DNA from: Salpingoeca rosetta
Taxonomy: Eukaryota; Protista; Choanoflagellata
Direction: 5' to 3'
Assembly (NCBI GenBank): GCA_033442325.1
Contig: JAWQFM010000005.1
Coordinates: forward strand, 673,327-737,326
Length of the DNA stretch: 64,000 nt
A program made the position numbers and the translations under genes. The notes beneath the pieces are model-generated. The model was not told the DNA's origin and searched no databases. It worked only from the letters and a program-made list of their open reading frames with translations. This document shows positions 1-19,714 of this stretch, piece after piece. The number at the start of each line of letters is the position of its first letter. Position 1 is the stretch's first letter.

Positions 1-5999
<5,999 letters not shown>

Positions 6000-7088
6000 T
6001 TTGACTGCGTCGACCAAGACGCATGCAGAACTGCAAGCATGCCCCGCTTGGCCCGGTTGCTTGTGGCTTGGTCGTGTAGGGTTGTGTGCGCATGTTTCGG
6101 TCCCAACCGTCTTGTGTGGCTTTGACTCTCATCCACCGAGCCTACCCAACTTTCGTGTGCGTGTGCAATGCCGCTGATGCGTGTGAAAGCGCGGTTTTTA
6201 GTGAAATTATTAGACAATTCTCGGCGTTTGATTTTGGGCAGCTTCTGAGATGCATGAGAAATGGCGTGCCGAGGGTGTTGCGGTTTTGTCCGCTAAAAGT
6301 CGTCAGCAACACACCCTACCCATGCCGAAAAAAGGAAGCGTCGTCAGAATCAGTCGGGGAAGTTGTTCTGCTCTTCCAACACGCACACACGCACACACAC
6401 ACCAGCACACGCGTGATTGCTTGATAGATCCATCGAGAAGGAACAACCCTGTTTCCCGCTCATTTTTCCAATCGCACCAAAGCCAACTGCCTCCACTCCC
6501 TCACGCGTATCCTCTCTGACTGGCATCGTTGCAACGCATACACAAGGTGTTACATTACAACGTCAACACTTGAAGTGCCCTCCCTCCCATCATCACTCCC
6601 TTCTACCTCAGCAATCTCCTTCCTCCGGCATCCAGCATCCACTCACAAGGCCTCGGCTCATCATCCGCCATCCTTGGTTGTGACAAACAAGAATACAATC
6701 GCCACCCACCGCCCCTCGCGCCCTTTCTTTTCCTCTTTTCTCGTCGCACCCTTACCTTCTTGCGCGAAGCCTTCCTTCCCCTCCCCGTTCCCTTCCAAGC
6801 ATTGCGTCCCCTCGCCACCGGCTCGCGTGTCTTCCTCGTGATACCCAACCACCTGCCCCATCACAAGACCAGAACGAGCCGGCCACAAGCTGTCAGACAA
6901 GACCAGACGATTGACAACCGCAAGAGCAACGACAGCAAGCCCCACCAAGACCCCATTCCCATCGTCGCCCTTTCTCCCCCTCCCCTTCTCTTTAGTCTCT
7001 TTCCTCGCCACCACCGCCGCCGCCGCCGCCACCACCCGGCTTCTTTCCCAAGATCGCCCAGCGCAGCAGACAGACAGACCAACCAACC

Positions 7089-8522
7089 ATGTTCGTGGTG
7101 GATGTGACAGACACACCCAGAACGCTGCATGCGTTGCATGCCTGTATCCTGGATTCCCAGGCCTTCAGCAAGAGCACGGCCTACGTGGTTGGAAACATCT
7201 CCAGCTTAAACCCGTCGCGGCGCGCGCTGATGCGCTTCCAATGCTTGCTCTGTGAGCTCATCAACTCCATGCCGCCGCTGGATCGGCAGCTCCGGGCGTT
7301 CAAGCGCCTCTTCCCCACCGCCATGCTTGTGTCGCGCTGCGCGCTTCCACACGTCGACACATCCCTCTATGTCCTCGTCCCTTTCCCTACCCCATTCCCA
7401 ATGGTGCCTCCGTCCATGCCAACACCAGGAATGATGCAGATGATGCCTCAACACCCACAGCCACCACAACAGCAGGTGATGCCTCAACCCCCACAGCCAC
7501 ACCAGCAACAACAACAGCAACAACAGTTTGCGCAGGCGCTACCATGGACTCCATTTTATCCGGCCATGCCTTTCACGCCAGCTACCGCACCAGTCGCCAC
7601 CACTTCGTACACTTCCACAACTACAACGCCAACTGCGACAGCTGCAGCGCAGCAGATGATGTTCACGTGGCAACAACAACAGCAGCAGCAGCAGGACTGC
7701 AACGACCTGGGACGTGGCAACGCCGCGAGCAACAACAGCAAGACCAACCCGCAGCAAGGACCGCGTGCCGTGCAGGTGATGGCAAACGCACGGGAAAAGA
7801 AGCAGCCCAAGAGCAAGAGCAAGAAGGCTCGCCGCAAGGGTGCAACGACGAAGCACAACAACAACAACAGCACCGCCGGTAGCAGCAGCGGGAAGGCACA
7901 CAAGAGGGTCCTGAGGGTCAGCACAACATTGGCACGGTGTCCTCGCCGCAAAGCCAGCGAGACCAGCATCAGCAGCAGCGGGTCCACGACGGCAAGCTCT
8001 TCTTCTTCCTCCTCCTCCTCCCTCATCAGCACCTCGACCAACGCTGTTTCAGAGGAGGCTGGTCTCACTACTGCAGCTGAAACAAAGGAGGCAACCACAG
8101 CCCCCCACTGCCAGAACAAGCAGAAGCGGAAGCAGAGCAAGAAGCAAAGGAACGGCGCCGGTGCCAGCGTCACGCACAGCAGGGGCCAGAGAACAAAGGG
8201 GATGCACATGCACAACAGCACAACAAAAGCAAGGAGTGCGCTGAGGGCAGCGGTCATCGCCGAGCACGGCAGCATCGGCAACAGGAAGGATGGCATGGCA
8301 AGCATCCTCAGCACCAGCTTCGCCACAACCAGCAGCAGCAGCAGCAGTAGCAGCACCAGCCTTGAAGCCGCACCCACTACAACGATTGTTGCTGCGCAAC
8401 ACACGCACACCAAGAAGGAGAAGCGCAGCAGTGGTAACAATACCAGCACCAACGCAAGTCACAAGAACCCCGGGTGTGTTCGGAGAGCCGACCTTGCAGC
8501 AATCTTGTCTGCCACCGCCTAG
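7089..8522 (+). CDS. Hypothetical intronless protein (477 aa): ~100-aa hydrophobic N-terminus, then P/Q/M-rich and K/S-rich low-complexity regions
   Basis: Long open frame free of microsatellites, ACC-ATG context, poly-Q tracts typical of exons in this genome. No family recognised. Confidence 0.65.
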   Translation: MFVVDVTDTPRTLHALHACILDSQAFSKSTAYVVGNISSLNPSRRALMRFQCLLCELINSMPPLDRQLRAFKRLFPTAMLVSRCALPHVDTSLYVLVPFPTPFPMVPPSMPTPGMMQMMPQHPQPPQQQVMPQPPQPHQQQQQQQQFAQALPWTPFYPAMPFTPATAPVATTSYTSTTTTPTATAAAQQMMFTWQQQQQQQQDCNDLGRGNAASNNSKTNPQQGPRAVQVMANAREKKQPKSKSKKARRKGATTKHNNNNSTAGSSSGKAHKRVLRVSTTLARCPRRKASETSISSSGSTTASSSSSSSSSLISTSTNAVSEEAGLTTAAETKEATTAPHCQNKQKRKQSKKQRNGAGASVTHSRGQRTKGMHMHNSTTKARSALRAAVIAEHGSIGNRKDGMASILSTSFATTSSSSSSSSTSLEAAPTTTIVAAQHTHTKKEKRSSGNNTSTNASHKNPGCVRRADLAAILSATA

Positions 8523-9047
8523 TTGCTCAACCAGAACCGGAGAAGGGAATCCTTGGAAGAGGATTGCACCATGGATGCCCTTCTGCCTTTGTTCTCTTAA
8601 GGCCCTGCGTTCTTCCCTTCTTCGATTGGCCCTTTGTTTGGTTCGTATTTGTTTGGTTTGTTTGTTGTTGTTCTGCATGCTTTCTGTGTGTGCAGGGCTA
8701 AACACGCCAATCTATGGCACTGCGTGCTGTGTTTCAGTTTCGGTTGCACGTTTTGAAATGCCGCGGCATTGCTGTTTGTCCTGTTGCTATATTAAACATA
8801 TTTCTGAATGATTCCATGTATCAATAATGAGCCGCGAATAAAATAAAAAAAACAAGCAAGAAGCAAGGAAACCAAAACAAAACCGGAGGAGTTTGTTTTG
8901 CTCCGCTTGCTTTGGCTGGCTGGCTTGCTGCTTTTTTTGCTTGCTTGCAGGCAGCAAGCACAATACAGCAGAAGGAACCACAAAGGGAGTGAGGGGACAA
9001 CACACACCACAGCAAACCACACAGCAAACCACACAAAAAACGACGGG

Positions 9048-10623
9048 ATGGGGAACAAGCAGTCCTCGGTCTCCATCTCAGGTGAGTCAGTGAAACGTGA
9101 GTGTAAGGAGGAGGAGATGGGCAAGATCTGCTCTTTCTCAAGATTCACACACGCACGCAAAAAGTGAAGCAAGCAGAGCTTGTGTCCGTCCGTGCATGCA
9201 TGCGTACTTGCTTGACAACACAACATTCGTGCTTGTGAGGATGATGATGATGAGGGTGATGATGGTGGTGCTCGAGGATGCCGTTTTGGGAGCATGAACA
9301 CAGCTTGCTTCAAAGTCACTCTCTCATATGTGCTGATGCTGCCGCTGTGGCTGCTGCTGTTGTTGTTGTAGCGAGAAACAGTGCTGGGGAGGACGCCGTG
9401 CCTGCAGGCAGACTGTCCACCAGCAGCAAACAACGCGCATCCGCCCTCCTTTCCCTCCCAAACACTTCAGCGTGAGTGTGCGCGTATCGTATGTGTATGT
9501 GTGTGTGTGTGTGTGGTGGCCTCTGTTAACTCTCGACATCTCTTCCAGCCACACACTCACACACTCGCACACTCTCTCTCACACACACTCACACACACAC
9601 ACACTCTCTCTCTCTTTCTCTCTCGTTTTGATTTTCCAACACTTCACCCACCTACGTGCGATTCCGCCTGTTTGCACCAACCCCTTCTCTCTTCCACACG
9701 CCTACGCCCCCCTCCCACCTTCGTTTCTGTGTACAGCACGTCATCTGTGCGACAATCTGTGGACTCCAACGCGCACGAAGGCGCGCCGTCATCAAACACG
9801 ACCAGCGATTGCGGAGGCGCCGTGCAGGAATCATCACAGCCGCAGTCACCGTCAGCGACCACCACGCACAGCAGCCAGCAACCTACACACGAAGGACCCG
9901 CCAACACAGAGCAAAGCAAGGCCGCCACCAATGGCGACGCCCCGCCCATTCTCTTGGCCGGGTACGAGCCGCTGTACCCCAACGACAACGAGGTGTTGCC
10001 CGTCGTTCTTGATCGAGACGAGTCCGGATTCGGCTTCACCTTCGTTGGCCCCGCCGACTCCGAAGGCATGACAGGTGAGGAAGGCAGCAAGTGTAAGCAC
10101 GCACTCACGCTCGCGCACGTGCACGCCATGTAGCGTCCCCTTGTGTCCCGTTGTAGTGTAGTGCATGGGTTATTGGGAGGAGGGGCGGTGAACGGCCTCG
10201 CGAACGGCCTGCCACAATGCTGCGCAGATCCTTGCTATCACCCGCTTGTCTGCTCGTCCCGCTGCAGTGGCACACGCGTAACACCTCTAACACATCCACA
10301 CAACACATGCGCACGTGCAGGACTTTACATCACGCGCGTAAAGCCCAACACACCCGCCGCAGAATCAAACTTGCTCATGCGCGCACAGCAGATCCTGGCC
10401 GTGAATGGCGAAGATGTGCTCCTTGCATCCAAGTTTGACGTACAGAACATGCTTCGTCAGTGCGATACCGTACTGCTGGAAGTCAAATACGACGCAGAAG
10501 GCTTTGCCGTCTACGACCAAGGTTTGTGGTGGGCGGGGGGCAGTATGTGTGCGTGCGTGTGCGTGCGTGTGCGTGTGTGTGCGTGTGTGTTTGTGAGTGT
10601 TTGTGAGTGAGTGCGTGCGTGTG

Positions 10624-10671
<48 letters not shown>

Positions 10672-12110
10672 GTGAGTACGTGTGTGTGTGACGGATACAC
10701 AGATACACAGATGCACACTAGTCTCTCCATCAACGCGCTTGATTGAGGCTGCTTGCCTGCAAGCAACCAGATCACGATTGCGCTGTTTCCAGCCATGGTG
10801 GTGCGGCTGCCGTTCACATGCACACATGCACACTCGTTGTGCAGGAGAGGAGCTGCGACGCATCAGCTTCATGGTGTTTGCAGATGCGGAAGCAGAGGAT
10901 GGCGAGAACGAAATTCAAACCTTCAGCGCACGCTACCTGGGACATGCTTCCATTCAAGGTGGCGTCACCATCCACCCTTACCGCTCACATATGTGTGTGT
11001 GTTTGTATTTTGTGTGCAGTGCTGCATGCTCTTGAAAGGGAGTGTCGTCTCATGAATCTTTACAATGGGAAGTCCTGTTTGGCTCACGCATTGGCCCGGT
11101 TCGAACTCTGTCTTCCGTTTGTGCAGATGCGCGGCTAGAGTCCATGCATGCCGTGTACAAACAGCTGCGCAAAAAACCAGAAAAGAACCACAAGACGAAG
11201 CTGCTGCTTGGTGTCGGTGTCATGGACATTCGCGTCTTCCCCGCACGCGGCAACCCGGTACGCCCATTGCACTCCAGCCATATGTAACAAGCGTGACTGC
11301 GGTATACCGCGTGCTTCGTGCTTGTCGAGCCCTTGACCTCGCTCTTACGCTTTTGCGCACGCGAACACTTGCGCTCACTCACACGCACACACATTCACAC
11401 ACACTTGCATCGACACACAACACACACACACTTACCCACACGCACACTGGCGTCCACGCACACTTACGCTCACTCACACACTCACACACACACACACACT
11501 CTCTCTCTCATTTACCCACACGCACGCGCTACCAGAGCCCTGATCTGGCACGCCGCCATCTGCTGATTGATGTACTGAACTGTGTTGCCTCGAGCAACGT
11601 ACTTGCGCTCGTGAGCAACGACCTTGTTGTCAATAGCCACCGTCAGAAGACGTGCTACATCTACACCCTCAAGAACAAAAAGGAGGTGCGTCGTCGTGTA
11701 TGCACAACCAACCACGTGCACATTTGCGTGCACTCGCTCATGCACACGCCTCCGGCCTGTGCCGACTGAATTGCCCGGACGTGCCACATCCTGCTTTGCT
11801 GTTCATGTTGTGGCAATTTGGCTAACACATGCGGTCGTTGTGCTGCTTCTAATCCTCTTTCCTTATGTCTTCTTCTCTTTCACTGTCACGCGTATCACAC
11901 TTACAGGCTGCGCGGGCCGCTGACGTCATTTCTGCCCGCTGCAACGCTGGGTTTTCGCGCGTGCAGCGTGAGCTGAGTCGCCAGCGCCAGCGCACCCAAT
12001 CCATGCACATGACGCGCGAGAAGCGGCTCTCCATCCGCAGAAACTCTATGCGCACGCGCGCGGCCACCACCAGTACTGCCCAACGCAAAGCAAGCACAAC
12101 CTCCACAGGC

Positions 12111-12191
<81 letters not shown>

Positions 12192-14209
12192 CTCATCTGT
12201 CTGTTTTTGCCTGTCTGCCTGTATGTCTGTTGCTGTTTTTGCCTGTCTGCCTGTACGCATTTGTATGTATGTTGCTGGTCTGACATTTTTGCTTCACCTT
12301 CTTGCTTTTGCCTCATGTCTAGTTCTAGAGTTCTGCTCTGCTTGCTTGCACGCAATATCTTTCCGTCTTTCACCTTCATCCCACGCATGCTGCTGTTGTG
12401 TGTCCATCGCTCACATTCAACTCCCTGCCCCCCCCCCCCGGGGTGCCACTCCCAACCAACCAACTGGTCAACCAACCAACCAGCTCCTGCGGGCCCCAAG
12501 ACAGGCTCACTGCGCGGCGGTGGAGTGCTTGACTTCCGCAAAACGCCTCTTCAAGAACAGCGATGGTACTTTGCCAGCATGACGCAAACCGATGCCATTC
12601 GCGTGCTTGTTGAGCGCGCGCCAGCGGGCGGGTTCCTCGTGTTCCCTTCTGGGCCGCCGCAGGAGTACGAGGTGTGCGTCAAGGAGGGCGCACGTGACAT
12701 ACGCAGCATGAAGATGATTCCACATGTGGAGGAGGACAGCCAGATCTACTACACGCTGGAGGGGCACGAGATGCTGTTCAGGAGCGTGGTGCTGCTTGTG
12801 TGGTACTTTGGCCACCACCCGTATGCACACAGCGAGGACGGGCAGCCGCTCATGTTCCGTCTTCCTCGCCGCCGCAAGTCCAAGACGCAGCAGGTGAGCT
12901 CAGCCAAAATGCGTATGCGTGCACGTGGGTGCATGTGGGTGTTGTACTTGGGGTGTGTGTTGGTTGTGTCAAAGTGTGAGCGCTGTGAGCGGGCATGGTT
13001 CACACGTGCAAGCGTGAACGTACTTGAGTGCACCCGCGTGCACCTGTTTGTATCCTCTCCCGCACCACTGAACCATTGGCCGTGCCTCTGTCTGTGCAGA
13101 AGGATGTGGACCGGCCCCGCTCACACATTTCAAAGGAGATTCCTGCGACCAAAAAGCGAGCCAGTGGCACCGCCGACGCAAGCGGCGATGCACCGGCACA
13201 GCAACAGGCTGCCAGCACCGCAGGCACGGCAACGCAAAGCACGCACATCTTAGAGCCCGAAACGCAGCACCATCAGCAGCAGCAAGACCAGCAGCAGCAA
13301 CAGCAGCAACAACAAGCGCAGGTGCACGGTGGCGAAGAAGGTGCGGCTGAGGTGTCACCGAGAACAGAATCGCAACAAGAGCGCGCTGCACAAGGAGAAG
13401 ATGGCGAAACACTACAGAGAGAGGGGCAAGTGGCCAAGGACCATGCCGAGCAGGACGCGGCAACCACTTCACCCGCACAGCAGCAAGAAGAAACGACGGA
13501 AGCTGTCAATGTGGAGGTGGAGGAGGAAGGCGCACGGGAGCCAAGAGACGTTGAGCACGAGAGCGGAGAGAAAGGGAATGAGGAGACAGCGAAGGTGAGT
13601 GACGATGGTGGTGCTGGCAGTGTCAACGAGGAGGAGGAGAGAAAGGAGAAGGGGGAAAGGGAGAAGGAGGAAAAGGAGAGAAAGGAGAAGGAGAAGGAGG
13701 AAAGGGAGAAGAAGGAGAAGGAGGAAAGGGAGAAGAAGGAGAAGGAAGAAAGGGAGAGGAAGGAGAAGGAGGAACGGGAGAGGAAGGAGAAGGAGGAAAG
13801 GGAGAGGAAGCAGAAGGAAGAAAGGGAGAAGAAGGAGAAGGAGGAAAGGGAGAAGAAGGAGAAGGAGGAAAGGGAGAGGAAGGAGAAGGAGGAAAGGGAG
13901 AAGAAGGAGAAGGAGGAAAGGGAGAGGAAGGAGAAGGAGGAAAGGGAGAGAAAGGAGAAGGAGGAAAGGGAGAGAAAGGAGAAGGAAGAACAGGTGCGTC
14001 AGGAACGCGAAACCAAGAGGGAGAAGGAGAAAGAAGAACAACAGGACAAGCAGGAGCACGATGCCTCTGCTACCTCCTCTGTGCCCTTGAGGCGAACCAG
14101 CGATGAGGAGTACGCCATGAGTGAGCGTGAGCGCCAGCTGCGAGACCTGGACGAAGAAGCCACCCGCACCCGCCTCAGCTCCATCAGCTTTGACTTCACC
14201 TTCAACTGA
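9048..14209 (+). CDS. N-myristoylated PDZ + PTB-like + SH2-like adaptor with an E/K/R-rich helical tail
   Basis: Exon 1 [11 protein letters not shown] (9048-9081), with phases compatible into exons 9372-9471 and 9737-10074. PDZ: [34 protein letters not shown] (10000-10490). PTB-like: [39 protein letters not shown] (10920-11690). SH2-like: [35 protein letters not shown] (12563-12860). Last exon 13100-14209. Confidence 0.8.
13630..13992 (+). repeat. Coding 24-bp tandem repeat encoding (EEREK/RKEK)n
   Basis: GAGGAAAGGGAGA(A/G)GAAGGAGAAG units in frame within the last exon of the adaptor. Confidence 0.9.
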
Positions 14210-15583
14210 ATTGCCAATGTGGTTTGAAAGCCGACCTTGCCTTCTAGTTCTTGCATGTGCTGGCAGGGAGGAGCACCCAACAACCAAGGTGGTTGGTGTA
14301 GTGGTGTACACCACAACAGAACCTCTGTCGATTGATTTTCCCTCCCCTTCCCTCCCTCTGCCTTCTTACCCACGCCTACAGAGATACTAGAGAGATGGGA
14401 GGTGGGTTTGTTTGTGTGTAGATGAAGGAACGGGGTGCGACTTCGACCCCATCTGTTACCTTCACCAAAGCATGCCATTGTCCTTTTTCCCCTTGTCAGT
14501 GACCTTGTTTCCATGCAGCTTTGCTTGTTCTTGTTTGACTGTGTCATTCGTGTTTGCATCCTTCATATCTTCATCCCTTTATCCACTGGTCTACTGGTAC
14601 TTGTGACCAAGGGCACCTTCCTGCTGCCTGCGGCTTCATAGTAGACGGTCATTGCCTTAGTGCCTTGTTTGCGTCGACTCATCGACCTGTGCTTGTGGCA
14701 GCATGCTCTGCTCTGCCTGTCTTCTCTTGAATCCCGCGCGTCTGTGCGTCTGTGCGTCTGTGCTTGTCTGCTTGAGCGAGTGAGGAGTGAACTTGCTTGC
14801 TTTTGCTTGCTGCGGAGGTTTGCTTGCAGGCTTGCTGCGAGGTTCGCTTGCTCGCATGCACTCATGCCGCCCAACTGCCTTCTTGCTTGCTTGCTTGCTG
14901 CACAATACACGGTGTGTAGTTTCGTTGGTAGGGTGGCAAAATTTCTACAAACAAATTCGTTGCTGGTGTTTGTGTACGTTTGGTGAGTGTGCTCTCGCTC
15001 CTTGTCACCCACCACCCACCTGTGTCTGTCTTGTGTGCTGCTTGTGTGTGTTGCTCCTGACCAGCAAGCAAACAAGCAAGCAAGCAAACAAACATCATCA
15101 CCATCATCTACGCACGCTCACGCAGTAGCTGTCCTTCCCCGCTTTTGTTCAGAAAACCCCGTACAAAGTAGAAGAAGAAAGCGTGAGTGTGCGTCTGTTT
15201 TTGCCACCAAAGCATGGGTGATTCGGTGAGCATGTTTGCGTGTGTGTATGTGTGTGTGTGTTGTGTGTTGTGTGTATGTGCGTGTTGTGTGTTTGTATGT
15301 GTGTATGCGGGTGTATGTATGTGTGGGTGTTTTTGTGTATGTGCTTGGTGATGACTCTCGTGGCCGCCATTTGTCTGTTTGTTGGCTGGTTGGTGAGCGC
15401 GGTTGATTGATGGCTGTGTCGCTACAAGCACACACACATGCACACGAACGCACACACACACACTCACACACATACACACGCGCACATACGCCCCCTTTCT
15501 CATATACACACACACACACACACACACATCTGCTGTTGATCCTTCAGTCCCGTCGATTTGGATCTCAGGACAATCTTCTCAGC

Positions 15584-15901
15584 ATGGGTGACGACGACAG
15601 AGGCGTTGACCCGGCGCCCCCAGCGCCCCGACGCCGCACTTCCAATTCAGATGCCACCAACGGTGCCAACGGCCGATCCGCTTCAAATGGCCGCCCTCGC
15701 GGCGTCCGCGTACGTTTTGTGTTTATGGGTGTTTGTGTGTGAGTATGTATGTGGGTGTGTGGGTGTGTGGGCGTGTGGGTGGGTGTGTGGGCGTGTGTGG
15801 GCGTGTGTGGGCGTGTGTCTATTACTCTGTCTCTCTGTCTCTGTCTGTCTGTCTCTCTCTCTCTGTCTCTCTCTCTCTCTCTGTCTCTCTCTCTCTCTCT
15901 G

Positions 15902-15944
<43 letters not shown>

Positions 15945-16867
15945 GTGTCCCCTTGTGCCTTTGAAAGCGATCCGCGTGCCCACACGACACAAGAACGCCT
16001 TCCTTTTCGCTCACATGTTCCGGTACTTGGTCTGCGTCTTGTTGTTGCCACAGGCCAATCCACGCGAGCCCCTGCTTCATCCACAAAACGGAGCACGCGG
16101 CCAGCCCGTCAACAGCCAGCCACGCTACACACCAGAAGAGGTGTTGTTGCCGTTCCTCTACACGTGGTTTTGTTGCACGAGAGTGGATGCATTGAGGAGA
16201 GATGAGCCGATGCATTTGAATGCCATGTCCACCAGAAACACAAACAGCCGTCCGTTCTTCACCCATACACACACACGCACACACGCACCGACACACGTGT
16301 GGTAGGTTGAGGAGCTTCGCCGCCGCCGCTTGGCCGAGATTGAGCAGATTGAGCAGGAACTGGAGCTCAAATACGGCGCAGGTGCGGATGGCGTGACGTT
16401 GGTGAAGAGAGGTGGATGTTTAGCCATTGACGCAAAGGGCGCAGGGCTGGTGGTCTCGTGATATATAGCAATGTCTATGTGCGTTCGTGTGTGTACATGT
16501 GAGTGTTTGTGATTGTGTTTGTGTTTGTGCATGTGTTTGTGTACATGTGAGTGTTTGTGATTGTGTTTGTGTTTGTGCATGTGTTTGTGTACATGTGAGT
16601 GTTTGTGATTGTGTTTGTGTTTGTGTATGTGTTTGTGTTTGTGTTTGTGCTTGTGTCGTTTTCCATGACAAGAGAGCATGTGTCCTGACACTGCCATGAC
16701 CAACACACGCGTGCAGAATCTGTGCTTGCGCTGATCAAGCCCGTCTCCGTGTGCATGATTGTCGTCATCGCCACCATCCGCTCCGTCGCGTACTTCAGCA
16801 CAAACGACACACAGTTTGTGTACGTTATCGCAATGTGACGTGTGTGTGTGTGTGTGTGTGTCTGTGT

Positions 16868-16904
<37 letters not shown>

Positions 16905-17243
16905 TGTCTGTCTTTCCATCGTCATCGTCTGATTTTCTATTTTTTGTGATGTGTACATTGCCTACATGCGAGGCTCCTGCCTACGTCCCCCAACCCTAAC
17001 CCGAACCCTAACCCAAAGACTTGATGCACTTTCAACGCTCCTCTAACGCGGCTGCGTCCTTTGCATTCGTGCCATGGCCACCACGGCGCAGGTACACCCC
17101 CTATGAGAGCAACAACCCCAATGCGTCCAACTCGGAGAAGTTTGGCGGCGCCATCCTCAATGCCCTCATCATCATCGGCATCGTCGTTGGCATGACCTGC
17201 GTGCTCCTCCTCCTCTACAAGTACCGCTGCTACAAGGTGAGCG

Positions 17244-17283
<40 letters not shown>

Positions 17284-18445
17284 TGTGTGTGTCTGTGTGT
17301 GTGTCTCTGTGTGTCTCTGTGTGTCTCTGTGTGTCTCTGTGTGTCTCTGTGTGTCTCTGTGTGTCTCTGTGTGTGTGCTTGCTCGTCTGTGGCTTTGTGC
17401 ACTACCCCCTCTCTTTCCCTGCGTTGCATTGCCGTTCACTGACCACATCGCCTGCTATGCGCGACTGCTCCCCCCCCCCCTGCCCGCAACCACGATCCCC
17501 CCCCCCCCAATCTCCCCAGGCCATCCATGGCTGGCTGCTTCTGTCGTCCCTCCTCCTCCTCTTCTTCTTCAGCTACCAATTTGTCGAGTACGTTGCGTTG
17601 CATTGCGCCTGCTGCTCATGTTGGGGTGCATTGGAGCGAGGGGAGGAGACAGCCCTGCCACTTCACCACGCGCAGTGTGCGATCCTATGGCCATGGCCCC
17701 AAGTCATGCACGATGCATGATCGTGAACAACATACCACCACTGCTCACAACTAAACCAACCAACCACACCAAATCAAACCAACCAATCACACGCGACCAT
17801 CACCACCATCACCAACCGTGACCACAATCAAAACCCAACCACTGCGCCGACAGCCAAGTGCTGCGCGCGTACAACTCGACACTCGACTGGATCACCATGG
17901 TTGTCTCCATCTGGAACTTTGGCGTTGTTGGCCTAATCTGCATCCACTGGAAGGGCCCATTGCTGCTGCAACAGGTCTACCTTGTCGCCGTCTCGGCCCT
18001 CATGGCCCTCGTCCTCATCAAGAACGTACGCTTGCTCCCCAGCTGCTCGTTTTGCAAAGGGGTTGTGTCTTTGTATGCTTGTGTGCGTGTGAGTGTGTCT
18101 GTGTGTTTCTGTTTCTGCGTGTGTCTGTGTGTTTCTGTTTCTGCGTGTGCGTGTGTATCTGCGTGTGCGTGTGCGTGTCTGTGTCTGTGTGTGTCTCTGT
18201 GTTTCTGTTTCTGCGTGTGTTGTGTTCATTATTGTCTGTTTGCATCCATGATCTGTCGCCACGTTCCACACCTCGCCCTCACCCTCCCAACTGCATTCCT
18301 TCCCCTTCCCCTTCCCCACGTGTTCATCGCTGCCTGCAGTTGCCTGACTGGACGACGTGGGTTGTCCTCGCCGCCATCGCCATCTACGATCTCGTTGCTG
18401 TCCTCTCCCCATGTGGTCCCCTCAAGGCTCTCGTCGAAACTGCAC

Positions 18446-18531
<86 letters not shown>

Positions 18532-19643
18532 AGGGGGGTGAGGGAAAGTGTGTGTGTGTGTGTGGAGGGGGGTGAGGGAAAGTGTGTGTGTGTGTGTGGG
18601 TGGGTGGGTGAGGGAAAGTGTGTGCGTTATTGTGTAGGCCGCGTTTTAGTTTGCATACGCTGAGCCACACAAGACTCTCACTGTCACATACGCTCACACA
18701 CGCTTTCCATACATAACGACACTCACATACATTCGCACACACACTCACACTCACATTCACACATTCTGTTTTGGCTGCAGGAGCGCGACGAGCCGCTGTT
18801 CCCTGCACTCATCTACTCCTCGACAATGGCGTGGATCGTGAACATGGCAGACACGGGCGAGCGCACACAGACCCAGTCAACATCCCTCACAAACGGCGCA
18901 CAAACTCAACCACAGCAGCAGCAGCAGCAGCAGCAGCGTGGTGGCACCGCCACGTCGTCGTCATCGCACGGCCACCACCGCCGTCGCAGCCGGCAGTCGA
19001 GCAGCAGTCCCAACGCAGACGACGTTGAGCTGCTGGCGGATATCGGGGGCAGCCCTGCGCCAAACAGAGCACGCACAGCAGCGTCTCGCCCGCCTGCAAA
19101 CGTACAGCTTTGTTTGCTTGCTTGTTTGCAGGGTTGCATGTGCACTTGTGTGACGTCGACACTGCGACCTCTCTCCTCTCCCTCACTTTCATTTCTTCTT
19201 CGGAATCAAACTCACGCCGCATGTTCACCTTCTTTCCACTACTTTCTCGTCTGCTGTAGGGTGATGTTGAGCGCCGCACCCCGACACAGCAGCCACAGCA
19301 GCCACAGCAGCAGCAGCAGCAGCAGCAGCAACAGCAAGGCGACGACGAAGGTTTGTCGACGGCGTGTGTGTGTGTGTGTGCGTGCATTGGAGTGTTACTG
19401 CTCTCCCCAAGGCTCGTTGGTTTTTTCTCTCTCTACGTATACTCACGCATGTACGTGCACTTCGTGTTGTCTGCGCTCCGCTTTCTCCATCAACACCCCG
19501 ATGCCATATTGGTCAGAGCACACTGGCGTCAAGCTTGGTCTGGGCGACTTTATCTTCTACAGTGTGTTGGTTGGCAAGGCCGCCACTGCAGACAAGTGGA
19601 CCACCATCGCCGCCTGCTACGTCGGCATCCTCATCGTACGTGT

Positions 19644-19714
<71 letters not shown>

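Noticed and set aside
16491-16632. Regularly spaced repeats resembling a CRISPR array
   Set aside because: Head-to-tail tandem units with no unique spacers, no cas genes, and a eukaryotic intron context.
16993-17015. CCCTAACCCGAACCCTAACCC telomere-like sequence
   Set aside because: Only two exact CCCTAA units inside a presenilin intron; too short to call an interstitial telomere.
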